DNA of 64,000 nucleotides from Catajapyx aquilonaris (taxonomy: Eukaryota), in NCBI GenBank assembly GCA_000934665.2, contig KZ538289.1, forward strand, positions 1-64,000, read 5' to 3'. Below the pieces are notes generated by a model. It worked only from the letters and a program-made list of their open reading frames with translations. It did not search any database and was not told the origin of the DNA. A program made the position numbers and the translations under genes. This document shows positions 63,000 to 64,000 of this stretch, in pieces. How positions within the stretch are numbered: the stretch's first letter is position 1; every line of letters begins with the position of its first letter.

Positions 63000-63159
63000 T
63001 GTCAGACATTGTTCGGTCTTTGGTCGTTAAGTTGTAACAACCTAACGACCAAAGACCGAACAATGTCTGACATATTATCGTTGTTTTCGTAAAGTTCATC
63101 GTTGTCATTGGTCAACAGTTGACCAATGACAACGATAAACTTTACTACGAAACCAACGA
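63000..63159. repeat. Two adjacent near-perfect palindromes
   Basis: 63000-63072: 36-bp arms, 1 mismatch, 1-nt centre. 63078-63159: ~39/42-bp arms, 2 mismatches plus a 3-nt bulge, 1-nt centre. Confidence 0.93.
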
Positions 63160-63919
63160 CTGCCTCACACTAACATCACTGTCTTTGGATCCTCTGGCAA
63201 ATTCCAACCGCAACGACCCACAGACTCCGTGTGAACCCTTCTCTAGTTGTTGGGTTGCGTACATCTCAGGATGGTGGCCATCAAGTAGAGGAGTAATCTT
63301 CAGGGTAATGGTTGGATAGGGGTGAGGGCTGGTATGGAGTGTGGGTGGGGTAGAGATTTGCAGGAATAGCAAAGCGATGCATCACAAAGGCTTTGGTGCG
63401 AAGGGCTTTGGTAATCGTCCGATAAGGACGTCAGACTTAGGGAAAAGGGTTGAGGAAAATGAGGTAGGTGCTGGTGCAGGGGAGGGGAGGGGAGGGGAAG
63501 GGAGTTTGCAGCCCAGGCCGAGTCTGGATAATCCAGGCAACTCTTCTTTTCCTCTGGCTCCACCCGTGCCATGGCTCAAACCGAAGAGCTGGTGCATGTT
63601 CCGGGGAGTTTCTTGTCGACTACTGACCTAACTAAATCACTGAAAACCTATGTGCAATTTTACACACTTGGTACATAGCCTATGTGATGCGACACTAACT
63701 TGTATGTGAGTGAAAATACATTTGAAAATACTTCAGGCGTAATAATGCAGCTAATGAGCTTTATATGACTGTATTTTTACACACCAAGTGCATAATTTGA
63801 CACATTTGGTATGACATGACCCACAGTGTGTAAAATTACACATACCAGGTTTTTAGAGTAGGCTAGATAGTATTTGTCAATGGTAGATACATGATCACGA
63901 TTTCAGGGTTTCGCAACCG

Positions 63920-64000
63920 GAGTTCCGCGAACAATCGGCGAGTTCCGGGAGCAATCGGCGAGTTCCGGGAGCAATCGGCGAGTTCCGCGAGCAATCGGCG
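63920..64000. repeat. 20-bp tandem repeat running off the window end
   Basis: gagttccgSgaRcaatcggc x4. Confidence 0.9.

Overview
Eukaryotic, repeat-rich and apparently non-coding window. It is most likely from an arthropod: it carries (TTAGG)n telomere-type repeats and tRNA-derived SINEs with a body typical of insect SINEs. No credible protein-coding gene, rRNA, intact tRNA gene or CRISPR array is visible, and the supplied ORFs are short, low-complexity or repeat-derived. The identifiable content is: (1) two tRNA-SINE families that share a structured 3' tail and have 14-16 bp TSDs; (2) several MITE families (P-element-like with 8-bp TSDs, Tc1/mariner/pogo-like with TA TSDs, CACT-ended and fold-back types), often nested 3-4 deep; (3) an LTR remnant with a tRNA-Lys primer-binding site; (4) RTE-5'UTR-like fragments; (5) mini- and microsatellites and long palindromes. 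The unique GC-rich blocks between them carry clustered TAATTA/TAATCC and CTCF-like motifs, consistent with a gene desert or large intron near a developmental gene (inference). Superfamily assignments rest on termini and TSDs read by eye; no database search was run.
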